Virus record (IMG/VR): IMGVR_UViG_3300047510_000066
Span: 1 to 29,379 of that record
DNA length: 29,379 bases
Source of the DNA: a virus
Taxonomy: Duplodnaviria > Caudoviricetes
Reading direction: 5' to 3' (one strand)
Positions 15,692 to 25,382 of this stretch are shown one piece after another (the first letter of the stretch is position 1; the number at the start of each line of letters is the position of its first letter). The translations under genes were made by a program, and so were the position numbers. The notes beneath the pieces were generated by a model, which was given only the letters and a program-made list of their open reading frames with translations, was not told where the DNA came from and searched no databases.

Positions 15692-17121
15692 AATTTAAGG
15701 ATTGGTTGCCCGATCAGCCTGGACTCACAGGGGTCGTCAAAGAGGCGCTAAATGTCGTCCCGCAAGCCGTGGGATATGGCCCTCTCAGGACTGCCGTGGA
15801 CTATTCTCAGTCGGCCACAGAAGATCTGAACAACGTAGTTGCTGGCCGTAACCCGACAGACGGTAACACCGAGGTGTTTGCTGGCGGTGCTACCAAGTTA
15901 TTCAAACTTGATTCAACAGACCTCACCTTAGATGACGTTTCTAAGAGTGGTGGGTACGACACACCTCCGGAACAGAAGTGGAGATTCACCCAGTTCGGTA
16001 ATGTCCTAATTGCAGCCAACGCCGACGAAAAGTTACAAGGCTGGACTCTAGGATCATCTACCGCCTGGGCTGATCTCTCCGCAGATGCTCCTACTGCTCG
16101 CTACCTGACTGTGGTGCGGGACTTTGTGGTGGCCGGATACACGTCTGGAACCGATCCGCAGAAGGTGCAATGGTCAGGGATCAACGACGAGACCCAATGG
16201 ACTCAGAGCGCGACCAATCAGTCCGACTATCAGATTATCCCTGACGGCGGCTCTGTCCAAGGCATTACGGGTGGTGAGTTTGGCCTAGTCCTGATGGAGA
16301 AGTCGATCTACCGGATGTCCTATGTTGGAACTCCGGCGATCTTTCAGTTTGACAACATTTCCCGAAACCTTGGGTGCTTTGAGCCTAACTCCATCGTTCA
16401 GTACCAAGGTATTACCTACTTCCTGTCGGATGACGGCTTCTACGCCTGTAACGGCTCCGAGGTCATTGGAATCGGCAACGAGAAGGTGGATCGGTTCTTC
16501 TTCTCAGATCTGGACGAGGCGTACTCATTCCGGATGTCGGCTACGGTTGACCCGATCAAGAACCTGATCGTCTGGGCATACCCGTCGTCAGGTGGGTCGG
16601 GAACCGTAAACCGTCTTCTGATCTACAACTTTGAGGTCAAGAAGTGGTCACGGGCTACGACATCGGTTTCGTTTGTCAGCCAGTCTGCAACACCTGCATT
16701 TACCCTAGAGGCGTTAGACGCTTTTGGGACGTTGGATAGCCTGACATCAAGCCTAGACTCCCGTATCTGGACTGGCGGTAAATCTCAGTTCGTAGGTGGC
16801 TCTGGAGCCAAGATTGTGACCTTCTCAGGTTCTAATATGACGGGTACAATCAACACAGGCGACCTAGAAATACCAGGTCAGTTTTCGACCATTAACATGA
16901 GCCGACCCCTAGTGGATGGCGGTTCAGGATCGGTGGCGGTTGCGACACGACGACTACTCTCAGACGCGGTATCTTTTGGCAGTTATACCGCAGCAGACGC
17001 AGAAGGACGAGCAGCGTTTCGTTCTACGGGGCGTTATCACCGGCTATCGGTTCAGCCGTCAGGCAACTGGACTACCGCCATTGGCCTTGACTTCGACATC
17101 GTTCCTCAGGGTCAGCGATGA
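15679..17121 (+). CDS. tail nozzle/stabilisation protein (P22 gp10 / tubular B-like)
   Basis: 480 aa and beta-rich, with WLPDQP, WRFTQFG, VQWSGIND, GCFEPNSIV and FLSDDGFY. Its position in the tail module agrees. Confidence 0.7.
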   Translation: MARIEFKDWLPDQPGLTGVVKEALNVVPQAVGYGPLRTAVDYSQSATEDLNNVVAGRNPTDGNTEVFAGGATKLFKLDSTDLTLDDVSKSGGYDTPPEQKWRFTQFGNVLIAANADEKLQGWTLGSSTAWADLSADAPTARYLTVVRDFVVAGYTSGTDPQKVQWSGINDETQWTQSATNQSDYQIIPDGGSVQGITGGEFGLVLMEKSIYRMSYVGTPAIFQFDNISRNLGCFEPNSIVQYQGITYFLSDDGFYACNGSEVIGIGNEKVDRFFFSDLDEAYSFRMSATVDPIKNLIVWAYPSSGGSGTVNRLLIYNFEVKKWSRATTSVSFVSQSATPAFTLEALDAFGTLDSLTSSLDSRIWTGGKSQFVGGSGAKIVTFSGSNMTGTINTGDLEIPGQFSTINMSRPLVDGGSGSVAVATRRLLSDAVSFGSYTAADAEGRAAFRSTGRYHRLSVQPSGNWTTAIGLDFDIVPQGQR

Positions 17122-17915
17122 CATTTAGGGTTCTACCGTATCAGGGTGGCACACCTCGTGAGATTTCCGAGGTGGTCAATAACCTGATGAACGGTAAGAC
17201 CAACAACACGGGATCGGTCACGATTGCGACTGGTGGGGCAACTACCACAACAATCACGGATGCCCGTATCGGTCAGGACAGCGTTGTAATCTTGATGCCT
17301 ACGTCGCAGACAGCGGCGAGCCAGGAGTTTCCTTACGGGTCGTTTAGTAGTACTGCTGACCAGACGATTGCTAGTACGACAACCGCTTATGCGATGACGT
17401 ATGACACCACGGACTTTTCCGACGGTGTGACGTTGTCTAACAATTCGCGCTTAGTAGCGGGTTACTCTGGGATTTATAACCTGCAATTCAGCGCACAGTT
17501 AAACAACGTAAATGTACAAATTCAAGACGCAAGTATTTGGTTCCGTAAGAACGGCACAGACATTCCGAACAGTAACAGCGACTTCTCTATACCAAACAGT
17601 CACGGCGGTGCAGACGGACGACTAATTGCCGCGCTAAATCTGTATGTAGATCTGCAAAAAGATCAATATATTGAGATCATGTGGTCTGCTACAAGTACAG
17701 ATGTGACCCTGCAAGCATTGCCAACCAGAAGCAGCCCTACGCGACCTGCAACGCCATCCGTGATTGCGACAATGCACTATCTGTCTACCAACGGATATAC
17801 GAGCAACATTTACTTTGACCCGTTTGTATCTGTGACGGGTAAGGGGACGGCGACCGTATCTCATGCGCCGAACACGATTGCTGGCAAGACCTTGGATTAC
17901 GTCATAGTCGGATGA
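17118..17915 (+). CDS. structural protein with internal C1q/TNF-like beta-sandwich
   Basis: YGSFSST..Q, SGIYNLQFSAQL, IWFRKNGTDI, YIEIMWS and PATPSVI. Confidence 0.65.
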   Translation: MTFRVLPYQGGTPREISEVVNNLMNGKTNNTGSVTIATGGATTTTITDARIGQDSVVILMPTSQTAASQEFPYGSFSSTADQTIASTTTAYAMTYDTTDFSDGVTLSNNSRLVAGYSGIYNLQFSAQLNNVNVQIQDASIWFRKNGTDIPNSNSDFSIPNSHGGADGRLIAALNLYVDLQKDQYIEIMWSATSTDVTLQALPTRSSPTRPATPSVIATMHYLSTNGYTSNIYFDPFVSVTGKGTATVSHAPNTIAGKTLDYVIVG

Positions 17916-18310
17916 TCGATATACGCGTAGTCCAGCCGACAGAACTTAAATCTTGGTGGCAGTTTGTCAAACCAGGACTAGAAACGATCCTTAAAAAGTC
18001 TCCTGAAGACTGGATTCCAGAAGATGTGTACGCGCAGGTGTTCTGCAAGAACGCGCTTCTGTGGGTGTTTGTAGAGGAAAACAGGCCACTAGGTTTTGTG
18101 GTGCTAGTGGTCAGACCAGAGACAGTACACGTTTGGTGTCTGTGGTCTGCGGTGCGAGATCGCCTAGAGGAAGGCTCTGAAGTCTTCTGGAAGGCGCTAA
18201 AAGAAGCAAATATCAAGCGAGTGACATTCGATACCTGGCGTAGAGGTTGGGATCGTGTCGCAGTCAAATATGGTTTTTCACCCCGAACGTGGGTAAAGGA
18301 GTTGACATGA
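17912..18310 (+). CDS. putative GNAT-fold acetyltransferase-like protein
   Basis: 132 aa with LWVFVEENRPLGFVVL, VHVWCLW and T.RRGW.R...KYGF. It lies just before the ejection genes, where podoviruses commonly carry GNAT-like genes. Confidence 0.55.
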   Translation: MIDIRVVQPTELKSWWQFVKPGLETILKKSPEDWIPEDVYAQVFCKNALLWVFVEENRPLGFVVLVVRPETVHVWCLWSAVRDRLEEGSEVFWKALKEANIKRVTFDTWRRGWDRVAVKYGFSPRTWVKELT

Positions 18311-19137
18311 GTGGTGGTGGCGGCGGTACGAATACCGTAACAAGGACAGAACTAGACCCGACGATGAAGCCGTTTGTCCAGTACGGACTAACGGAAGCAC
18401 AGCGTCTATATTCACAGCCCGATACCCTTCAGTATTACCCTGGACAGACCTTTGTTGGCCCTTCTCAGCAGACGCAACTGGCCCTGCAGGCGGCACAGCA
18501 ACGCGCCTCTATGGGAAACCCTCTGACTCCCGCAGCGCAACAGACCGCGCTCAACACGATTCAAGGCGGTTTCTTAGGGCCGAATCCGTTTCTGCAACAG
18601 GCTCTCCAGCCTGGTTTTGATGCTGCACAGCGTCAGTACGAGGGTTCCGTAAATCAAGCCCTGTCTAACTTCTCCCGCGCTGGTCGCTACGGTTCTGGCG
18701 CTATGACGGGCGCTCTAAATCAGGCAGGTGGCGAATACGCTCGCGCTCTGACAGGAGCCGCAGGGACTTTGGGTTACCAGAACTACGCAGATGAACGCGC
18801 TCGCCAACAGGCTATGCTCGCCGCTGCACCGCAACTGGCACAAGCAGACTACGCAGATATTCAGCAGATGGCTAATGTTGGCGCACAACAAGAGGCTTAT
18901 CAGGAAATGGCGATGGCCGATGCGGTCAACCGCTTTAACTTCCAGCAACAGGCTCCCTATACGCGTCTCCAGTCGTTCCTCTCAGCAGCCTACGGTGCTC
19001 CGTCAGGGATGCAACAGATCACGCCTGTGTACCGCAATCAACTTGGAAGTGCAATTGGTGGCGCTCTTACTGGCTACGCTCTTGGTGGCGGCCCAGGCGC
19101 AGGGGTTGGCGCTATTGCTGGCGGTCTCTTAGGATAA
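18307..19137 (+). CDS. DNA ejection/pilot protein
   Basis: MSGGGGG start after AAGGAG, Gln/Ala-rich body, GRYGSGA motif and a Gly-rich hydrophobic C-terminus. Confidence 0.7.
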   Translation: MSGGGGGTNTVTRTELDPTMKPFVQYGLTEAQRLYSQPDTLQYYPGQTFVGPSQQTQLALQAAQQRASMGNPLTPAAQQTALNTIQGGFLGPNPFLQQALQPGFDAAQRQYEGSVNQALSNFSRAGRYGSGAMTGALNQAGGEYARALTGAAGTLGYQNYADERARQQAMLAAAPQLAQADYADIQQMANVGAQQEAYQEMAMADAVNRFNFQQQAPYTRLQSFLSAAYGAPSGMQQITPVYRNQLGSAIGGALTGYALGGGPGAGVGAIAGGLLG

Positions 19138-19140
19138 GAC

Positions 19141-19923
19141 ATGAGTGGAATCGAGCCAATTATTGCCGCAGAAGCAGCAACGGCTACGGCGGCAGCGGCA
19201 AGCACAGAAGCCGCAGCGATAGCGGCTGCAGAAATTGCGGCAGCAGAAGCGGCTGCAGCGGCAGCGGCAGAAGCGGCGGCAACCGCAGCGGCGGCAGAGG
19301 CTGGCACAGCCGCAACAGCAGAAGCGGCTTTAGCAGAAGGAACAAAACAAGCGGCTTTGGAGCAGTTTGGAAGTAGCGCTGGTGAGTCTTTGTTGTCAGC
19401 AGAGATGGCTCCGCAAGACTATATGGCCCGCGAATTAGCCAGAGAGTCCGCTCTTAATAGTTTTGGGGTTAGCACAGAGGCAATTCTTGAGCAAGAACTA
19501 CTGAATCAAGAACTTGCTCGGCAAGGAGCGTTAGAGCGTTTTGGTCAAAGCGCATCAGAAATGCTACAAAGCCCAGAGCCAACATTGTTCGATCAGGCTT
19601 GGCAAAAGACTTTGACGCAAGGAATGGACGCTGACCTTCCTGGGGCAACTATGCGCTCGATTCAGGCTGGCCTTCAAAACAATGCATTAAACACGCTTGG
19701 AAGCCTCCCGCAGTACTTGGGTATGCCAGCACCTCCTCCTGGCGCAGGTAAGGCTTTACAGGCTGCACGACTGCTCTCTCCGCAACAACAAGGCGGCACA
19801 CGCACAAGCGTTGCTCCTCCGATGATGAACCGTGGCAAAGAAGTGTCTCTGGCCGCTCCCATTTACGGACTGCTTGGTGGCGGTGGACAGATGCCTAAGC
19901 GTCGTCGCTTATCACTTATCTAG
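19141..19923 (+). CDS. Ala-rich putative internal virion protein
   Basis: Poly-Ala/Glu N-terminus and three AL..FG.S repeats, located within the ejection module. Confidence 0.65.
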   Translation: MSGIEPIIAAEAATATAAAASTEAAAIAAAEIAAAEAAAAAAAEAAATAAAAEAGTAATAEAALAEGTKQAALEQFGSSAGESLLSAEMAPQDYMARELARESALNSFGVSTEAILEQELLNQELARQGALERFGQSASEMLQSPEPTLFDQAWQKTLTQGMDADLPGATMRSIQAGLQNNALNTLGSLPQYLGMPAPPPGAGKALQAARLLSPQQQGGTRTSVAPPMMNRGKEVSLAAPIYGLLGGGGQMPKRRRLSLI

Positions 19924-19932
19924 GATACGCAC

Positions 19933-21219
19933 ATGGATGAATACGAACAAATAATGGGACTTCTCGGATTAGACCGAGACAAAGTTCGCCAACAGCAACA
20001 GACGCAAGGACTGTTAAACGCAGGTTTGCAACTTCTTGCTGGCTCTGGCTACTCTCCGGTTCGCAGAACCACAGGAGAACTGCTAGGACAGGCAGGGATG
20101 GCTGGTATGCAAGGCTACCAACAGGCTGGCGAAAGTGCGATTGATCGTGCGATTAAGGGTATGCAAGTTCAGCAGATGGTGCAAAAGCAACGCGAAGCAC
20201 AACGCCTCCAGCAACTTGGCTCACGGTTAGTGGAGCCTCAGAAGGCTATGGTTCCTTCTACGGACGCAGAAGCCCAAGAGGGTGGCCTTTACGGTCAGCA
20301 AGGCGTGAACGTGCTTCCTACCCGTATGGGCATGAACCAAGACGTTGTTCGTCAGTTGATGTCAACACCTGCTGGCATGGATTATCTGAGCAATGTTGTA
20401 AAGACACAGCGTGAACTTGCTGGCAAGACAGAGGTTATTGAAATTTATAGCCCGTCTGGCCAGGCAATGAAGGTTCGTTACAACGTAGACACGGGTGAGT
20501 ACACGCCAATCGGTAACGCAAAAGCGGAGCCGTTTGTTCAGGTTGACCGCGGAAATGTGATTGAACTTCGTAGTCCGTCAGGAAATCTAATTGGATCGTT
20601 GCCAAAAGGTGCTGCGCCTACAGCGCCGTCATTTTCAATGACAGAGACAGGGCAGATTCTTAATACTAAGACAGGTCAATTAAGAACTCCTACAGACGAG
20701 CAAGGAAGGCCTATCATTATTGACCAGTCTGCAAAAGCAACAGAAGGCGAGCGTTTGTCGTCTGGCTTCTATATGCGTATGGCAGACGCGTCAAACACGT
20801 TCAGACAGCCTCTCAAAGGCCCAGATGGAAAGCCAATTACTAGAGGAAATAATGTCTTAACCTTAGAAGATGTGGCATCAAAGCCGGAAGTGTTTGCAGA
20901 AGTTGTTGGCGGAATTATTCCTGATTGGTTAGGTGGTAAGGCCGCACAACAGTTTGCTACTTCTCCATTGCGCGAACAATACGAACAGGCTCAAGAAAAC
21001 TGGGTTACTGCAAATCTTCGCAAAGAATCAGGCGCTGTAATTGGCCCAGAAGAAATGAAAAAAGAAATTAGAAAATGGTTTCCTGTTGTTGGAAACTCGC
21101 CAGAGGTTATTGAGCAAAAACGTAAAGCAAGACAGACCGCTGAAGAATCAATGCGTAAAAATGCTGGTCGAGCATTATCTGTTCAGCAAACACAGCGCAA
21201 TGTAACCGTGGACTACTAA
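19933..21219 (+). CDS. putative ejection (DNA transfer) protein
   Basis: GLLNAGLQLLA N-terminus, and WVTANLRKESGAVIG..E....WFP..G at the C-terminus, resembling podovirus DNA-transfer proteins. Confidence 0.7.
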   Translation: MDEYEQIMGLLGLDRDKVRQQQQTQGLLNAGLQLLAGSGYSPVRRTTGELLGQAGMAGMQGYQQAGESAIDRAIKGMQVQQMVQKQREAQRLQQLGSRLVEPQKAMVPSTDAEAQEGGLYGQQGVNVLPTRMGMNQDVVRQLMSTPAGMDYLSNVVKTQRELAGKTEVIEIYSPSGQAMKVRYNVDTGEYTPIGNAKAEPFVQVDRGNVIELRSPSGNLIGSLPKGAAPTAPSFSMTETGQILNTKTGQLRTPTDEQGRPIIIDQSAKATEGERLSSGFYMRMADASNTFRQPLKGPDGKPITRGNNVLTLEDVASKPEVFAEVVGGIIPDWLGGKAAQQFATSPLREQYEQAQENWVTANLRKESGAVIGPEEMKKEIRKWFPVVGNSPEVIEQKRKARQTAEESMRKNAGRALSVQQTQRNVTVDY

Positions 21220-21220
21220 A

Positions 21221-23170
21221 ATGCCATATTCGATTACTACGAAAGACGGGATAACGATTAACAATATCCCCGATGACGTTGCTCCTGACTCGCAAGAGTT
21301 GAAGGATCGCGTTGCTAGGATTCGTGCTGGAGAAACAGAAGCGCCACGCGAGGCAAAGCCTGCCGCCCCTAGAGAAGCGCCTTCTGTTGCAAGCGTTTTG
21401 CGCCCTGAATTTATAAACCCAGAAGTTCAACGACAAGCAGGTTTGTTTGCTAGGACTATCCCTGGCGCTGCTGCAAATCTAGTTGGATTGGTTGGAGACC
21501 CATTAAACGCCTTGGTAAACCTAATTACCGGAAGCAAACTTCAGACAATTGGTGGCGCAACAGAAAACCTGATGACGCAAGCAGGGCTTCCTGAGCCGCG
21601 ACCAGGGCTGGAGCGTGGTATATACAACATCAACACGGCTGCATTAGGAGCAGGTGCGCCAGCATCAATGATTGGTCGCGCTACAAGAGCAATTCCAACT
21701 CGCGCTCCAGCGCCACGAACCGAACCGTCATTTGCACAACAGAACGTGGTTCAACCACTTCAGCAAGCGTTTGGTGGAAATGTTGGGTTGCAAACAACTG
21801 GAGCCGCTGGCGCATCCTTGGCCTCTCAGTTGGCTGCACAGGCTGGCGCTGGCACGTTTGGTCAGATTGGCGCTGGATTGCTTGGCGGCGTTGTTGCCCC
21901 CACAACATTACAAACGGCTGGATCAAGAACAACCGCTGGCGCAAGAGAGGCTGTACGTCCGTTTACTGAGGCTGGCAGAGAAGTCATCGCTGGTAATGTT
22001 CTTCGCCAATTGTCAGCGGAGCCTGATGTCGCAGCATTACGGGCAAGTTCATTTGAGCCTCGAGTCCAAGGTTATACGCCGACAACCGCACAGGCTACTA
22101 GAGATGTGGGTCTAATATCGGCAGAAACACCAATTAGATCGTTTGATGCAACGGGCCGGTTTGCCGCACAAGCAAGTCAAGCAAACCAAGCACGAATGAC
22201 CGTTCTTGATCGCCTTGCAAAAGACAAAGACGCGCTTAATGCCGCAATTGCAAAACGTGACGAAATTTCCACGCCGTTGCGTGAACAGGCTTTTGCACAA
22301 TCAGCGGTAACGCCAGAAGTACTGCAAGCATCCGTAAATAATACGGTTGTAAAAACAATAGATAACATTCTTGCATCGTCTGCTGGGGCAAGACAGCCAG
22401 TTAAAAACGCAATGCAGTTTGCCCGTGAGCGTCTGCAAGACGGGACAACACCAGAACGCCTGTATGAAGTACGCAAGGATTTGCGCGATGCAGCACAAGG
22501 ATTGCTAAACAAAGAAGGTTCTGCGTATAACCTAGCCAAGAAAGAACTTGAGTCTGTAATCAAGTCTGTGGACAACGTCTTAGAGGCAGAAGCGCCTGGA
22601 TACAAAAACTATCTAAGCAAGTATGCTGCTTCTAGTCGTGGCATTGAAAGGTTAGAAGCGGTACAAGACTTTCGCAAAAAAGTTCTAACCACAACTCCTG
22701 ATCCTGGTCGAGTGTCTGATTATTTGATTTCACAGCCAGCGTTTACAAGGGCTATTCGAGCATTAAAAGACGACCCTAAACTTGGCGGTCTATCAAAAAC
22801 ACAGTTTGCAGTTTTAGAGCGCGTCAGCAAAGACTTAGATGACGGTGTTCTGGCTCGCGCCACAAAGGTTCCTGGCTCTGATACATTCAAAAATATGTCC
22901 ACGGCAAATCTTATTGGCGGCATTGTTGGAAAGCAATTGTTTGGTGAATTAAGCCCTGCTATGCAAAGCAAGATTAACCCGTTTAACTGGATGTACGGCG
23001 GTAGCGATGAAGCAATCAAAGAACTTCTTGTGGACGCTATGCTAGACCCCAAACTAGCCGCAAAACTTATGCAAAAAGCAACAACCACATCGGTTGAGCC
23101 AATTTCTAAAGAACTTCAACGCCGAGCCATCAACCTAGGCTACGGATCTATTTTCGGACTAACGGAGTAA
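21221..23170 (+). CDS. large putative ejection protein
   Basis: 649 aa, helical and Ala/Gly-rich, with GSDT..N and LVDAMLDPKLAAKLM near the C-terminus. Confidence 0.7.
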   Translation: MPYSITTKDGITINNIPDDVAPDSQELKDRVARIRAGETEAPREAKPAAPREAPSVASVLRPEFINPEVQRQAGLFARTIPGAAANLVGLVGDPLNALVNLITGSKLQTIGGATENLMTQAGLPEPRPGLERGIYNINTAALGAGAPASMIGRATRAIPTRAPAPRTEPSFAQQNVVQPLQQAFGGNVGLQTTGAAGASLASQLAAQAGAGTFGQIGAGLLGGVVAPTTLQTAGSRTTAGAREAVRPFTEAGREVIAGNVLRQLSAEPDVAALRASSFEPRVQGYTPTTAQATRDVGLISAETPIRSFDATGRFAAQASQANQARMTVLDRLAKDKDALNAAIAKRDEISTPLREQAFAQSAVTPEVLQASVNNTVVKTIDNILASSAGARQPVKNAMQFARERLQDGTTPERLYEVRKDLRDAAQGLLNKEGSAYNLAKKELESVIKSVDNVLEAEAPGYKNYLSKYAASSRGIERLEAVQDFRKKVLTTTPDPGRVSDYLISQPAFTRAIRALKDDPKLGGLSKTQFAVLERVSKDLDDGVLARATKVPGSDTFKNMSTANLIGGIVGKQLFGELSPAMQSKINPFNWMYGGSDEAIKELLVDAMLDPKLAAKLMQKATTTSVEPISKELQRRAINLGYGSIFGLTE

Positions 23171-23173
23171 AAA

Positions 23174-23764
23174 ATGCCCAAGACCAAGATCAGCGAATAC
23201 TCATCTACCGCAGCCGACAATACCGACATCGACGGTATTAACCTAGCGGAGGGTATGCTGCCCTCTGACGTAAACAATGCCATCCGTGAACTTATGGCGC
23301 AACTCAAGGACTTCGAGACAGGCGCTGGCGGTGATTCTTTGACTGTTGGTGGAAGTTTGGTGGTTGCTAATACTTCTACGCTAGGAGTGGTCACAAGTTC
23401 AATCATTAGCGGATCTGCTAATACGCTGACCGTAGATGGTACGAACCCCGTAGGATTTAGGGACGTTCCTCCTGTTGGGACTAAGACATCTTCTTACACG
23501 CTCGCCGTTGGAGACGTAGGTAAGTATGTTCAGGTCGGAACTAGCGGGTCTATTACGATTCCTGATGCCACATTCTCTGAGGGTGACATTATCTCAATCT
23601 TCAATAACACTACCGGAAACGTAACGATTACCTGTACGATTACGACTGCTTACATAGCAGGTACGGACGCTGATAAGGCTTCTGTGACGTTGGCTACCCG
23701 TGGTGTTGCAACTATTCTGTTTATTTCTGGAACCGTCTGCGTTATTTCAGGGAACGTGTCATAA
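23174..23764 (+). CDS. tail fibre/attachment protein
   Basis: The N-terminus ISEYSSTAADNTDIDGINLAEGMLPSDVNNAIRELMAQLK resembles a fibre anchor. The C-terminus is beta-rich. Confidence 0.7.
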   Translation: MPKTKISEYSSTAADNTDIDGINLAEGMLPSDVNNAIRELMAQLKDFETGAGGDSLTVGGSLVVANTSTLGVVTSSIISGSANTLTVDGTNPVGFRDVPPVGTKTSSYTLAVGDVGKYVQVGTSGSITIPDATFSEGDIISIFNNTTGNVTITCTITTAYIAGTDADKASVTLATRGVATILFISGTVCVISGNVS

Positions 23765-25369
23765 ATGGGTGGAATCATTCAAATGCTTCTGGCCTCTAAA
23801 GCGGCCATTGGCTCATACACAGTAGTCCAAACATTTACCGCTTCTGGTTCATGGACTGCGCCTACTGGGGTCACAGAGGTTGAATATCTCGTGGTCGCTG
23901 GTGGTGGGGGCGGTGGAACAGGACAAAACGTAAACCTACAAAGAAGCGGTGGTGGCGGTGGAGCCGGTGGTTTCCGAACAGGTACAGGTCTTTCTGTTAC
24001 CGCTGGAACCACATACACAGTTACTGTTGGTGGCGGCGGCGCTGGCGGTTCTGCAAATGAAACACAGGGAACTAATGGATCAAATTCCGTATTTTCAAGC
24101 ATTACCTCTACTGGCGGTGGTGGCGGCGGCTTAAATTTTGCTGTTGGAAGTAGTGGTGGGTCTGGTGGTGGCGGTGGGTCTGGCAATAAGGCTGGCGGCG
24201 CTGGAAATACACCATCAACATCACCATCACAAGGAAACAATGGCGGTGCCTCTGGATCAAGTTCAAATTCTAGTGGTGGAGGCGGTGGCGCTGGTAGCGT
24301 TGGTGGGGCAGGAGTTAATTCCCCAGAAGTCGGCGGTGCTGGTGGAGATGGGACTGCATCCTCTTTGTCTGGATCGTCGGTGACATACGCTGGAGGTGGG
24401 GGTGGCGGTTCAATAACAGGTGGTGCTAGTGGTTCAAGCATTGGTGGAACTGGTGGTAGTCAAAACACTAATGGTACTAACGCATCTCCTGCAAATCGAG
24501 GAAGCGGCGGAGGTGGCGCTGGTGCTAATAGCGGAACAAATACAACTGGTGGAAGCGGATCTTCCGGTATCGTAATCATCAAATACACCGTTCCTGGCTC
24601 TACAAACGTAGCCACGTTTACTACTTCTGGTTCATGGACTGCTCCTACGGGAGTGAGTTCTGTTGAGTATTTGGTCGTAGCCGGTGGTGGCGGTGGTGGC
24701 ACTGGTCCAGCCGCAATAGGAGTCCGGTCAGGTGGCGGTGGTGGCGCTGGCGGTTATAGAACCGGAACAGGTTTGGCGGTGACGGCTGGTACAACGTATA
24801 CAGTAACTGTGGGTGCAGGTGGTGCCGGTGGCGCATCAAACAACAATAATGGAGCCCCAGGAAGTAATTCTGTATTTTCTACCATCACCTCTGCTGGTGG
24901 CGGTTATGGGGCTAAAGGAAGCCCAGCCACACAGGGCGGAAGCGGCGGTTCTGGTGGTGGTGGTGCAAGCGTAGGCGGCACAGGCGGGTCTGGCAATACG
25001 CCATCTACTTCTCCAAGTCAAGGAAATAATGGCGGTGCAGGAGAAAACCAATGTGCCGGTGGTGGCGGTGGCTCTACTGGAACAGGCGGTAATGCTGTTG
25101 GCCCATCTCAAACCGGAGGCGCAGGCGGCGCCGGAACTGCTTCCTCTATATCTGGATCTTCTGTAACTTACGCTGGTGGTGGGGGTGGTGGTGGTGATAC
25201 CGCTGGTGCTGCTGGAAGCGGTGGTGGAGGTGCTGGGGGTGGAGATAGTGCAAACGGAAGTTCCGGAACTGCAAACACCGGAGGCGGCGGCGGAGGTGGT
25301 GGTCAAGCAGACCCAACTCTTACAACGGCTGGCTCTGGCGGCTCTGGCATCGTAATTATTAAGTGGTAA
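23765..25369 (+). CDS. glycine-rich tail-associated protein with two tandem domains
   Basis: Two copies of FT.SGSWTAPTGV..VEYLVVAGGGGGG ... GSGIVIIK. Confidence 0.85.
   Translation: MGGIIQMLLASKAAIGSYTVVQTFTASGSWTAPTGVTEVEYLVVAGGGGGGTGQNVNLQRSGGGGGAGGFRTGTGLSVTAGTTYTVTVGGGGAGGSANETQGTNGSNSVFSSITSTGGGGGGLNFAVGSSGGSGGGGGSGNKAGGAGNTPSTSPSQGNNGGASGSSSNSSGGGGGAGSVGGAGVNSPEVGGAGGDGTASSLSGSSVTYAGGGGGGSITGGASGSSIGGTGGSQNTNGTNASPANRGSGGGGAGANSGTNTTGGSGSSGIVIIKYTVPGSTNVATFTTSGSWTAPTGVSSVEYLVVAGGGGGGTGPAAIGVRSGGGGGAGGYRTGTGLAVTAGTTYTVTVGAGGAGGASNNNNGAPGSNSVFSTITSAGGGYGAKGSPATQGGSGGSGGGGASVGGTGGSGNTPSTSPSQGNNGGAGENQCAGGGGGSTGTGGNAVGPSQTGGAGGAGTASSISGSSVTYAGGGGGGGDTAGAAGSGGGGAGGGDSANGSSGTANTGGGGGGGGQADPTLTTAGSGGSGIVIIKW
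23822..25366 (+). repeat. intragenic tandem duplication, about 783-nt period
   Basis: CTTCTGGTTCATGGACTGC occurs at 23841-23859 and 24624-24642, and the protein motifs are colinear. Confidence 0.8.
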
Positions 25370-25382
25370 TGAGGAGCAATAA

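Noticed and set aside
23779-25306. Pro-rich minus-strand ORFs
   Set aside because: They are simply the reverse complement of Gly codons.
23822-25366. Possible DGR template/variable repeat pair
   Set aside because: Both copies are coding, the differences are not adenine-specific, and no reverse transcriptase is present in the window.
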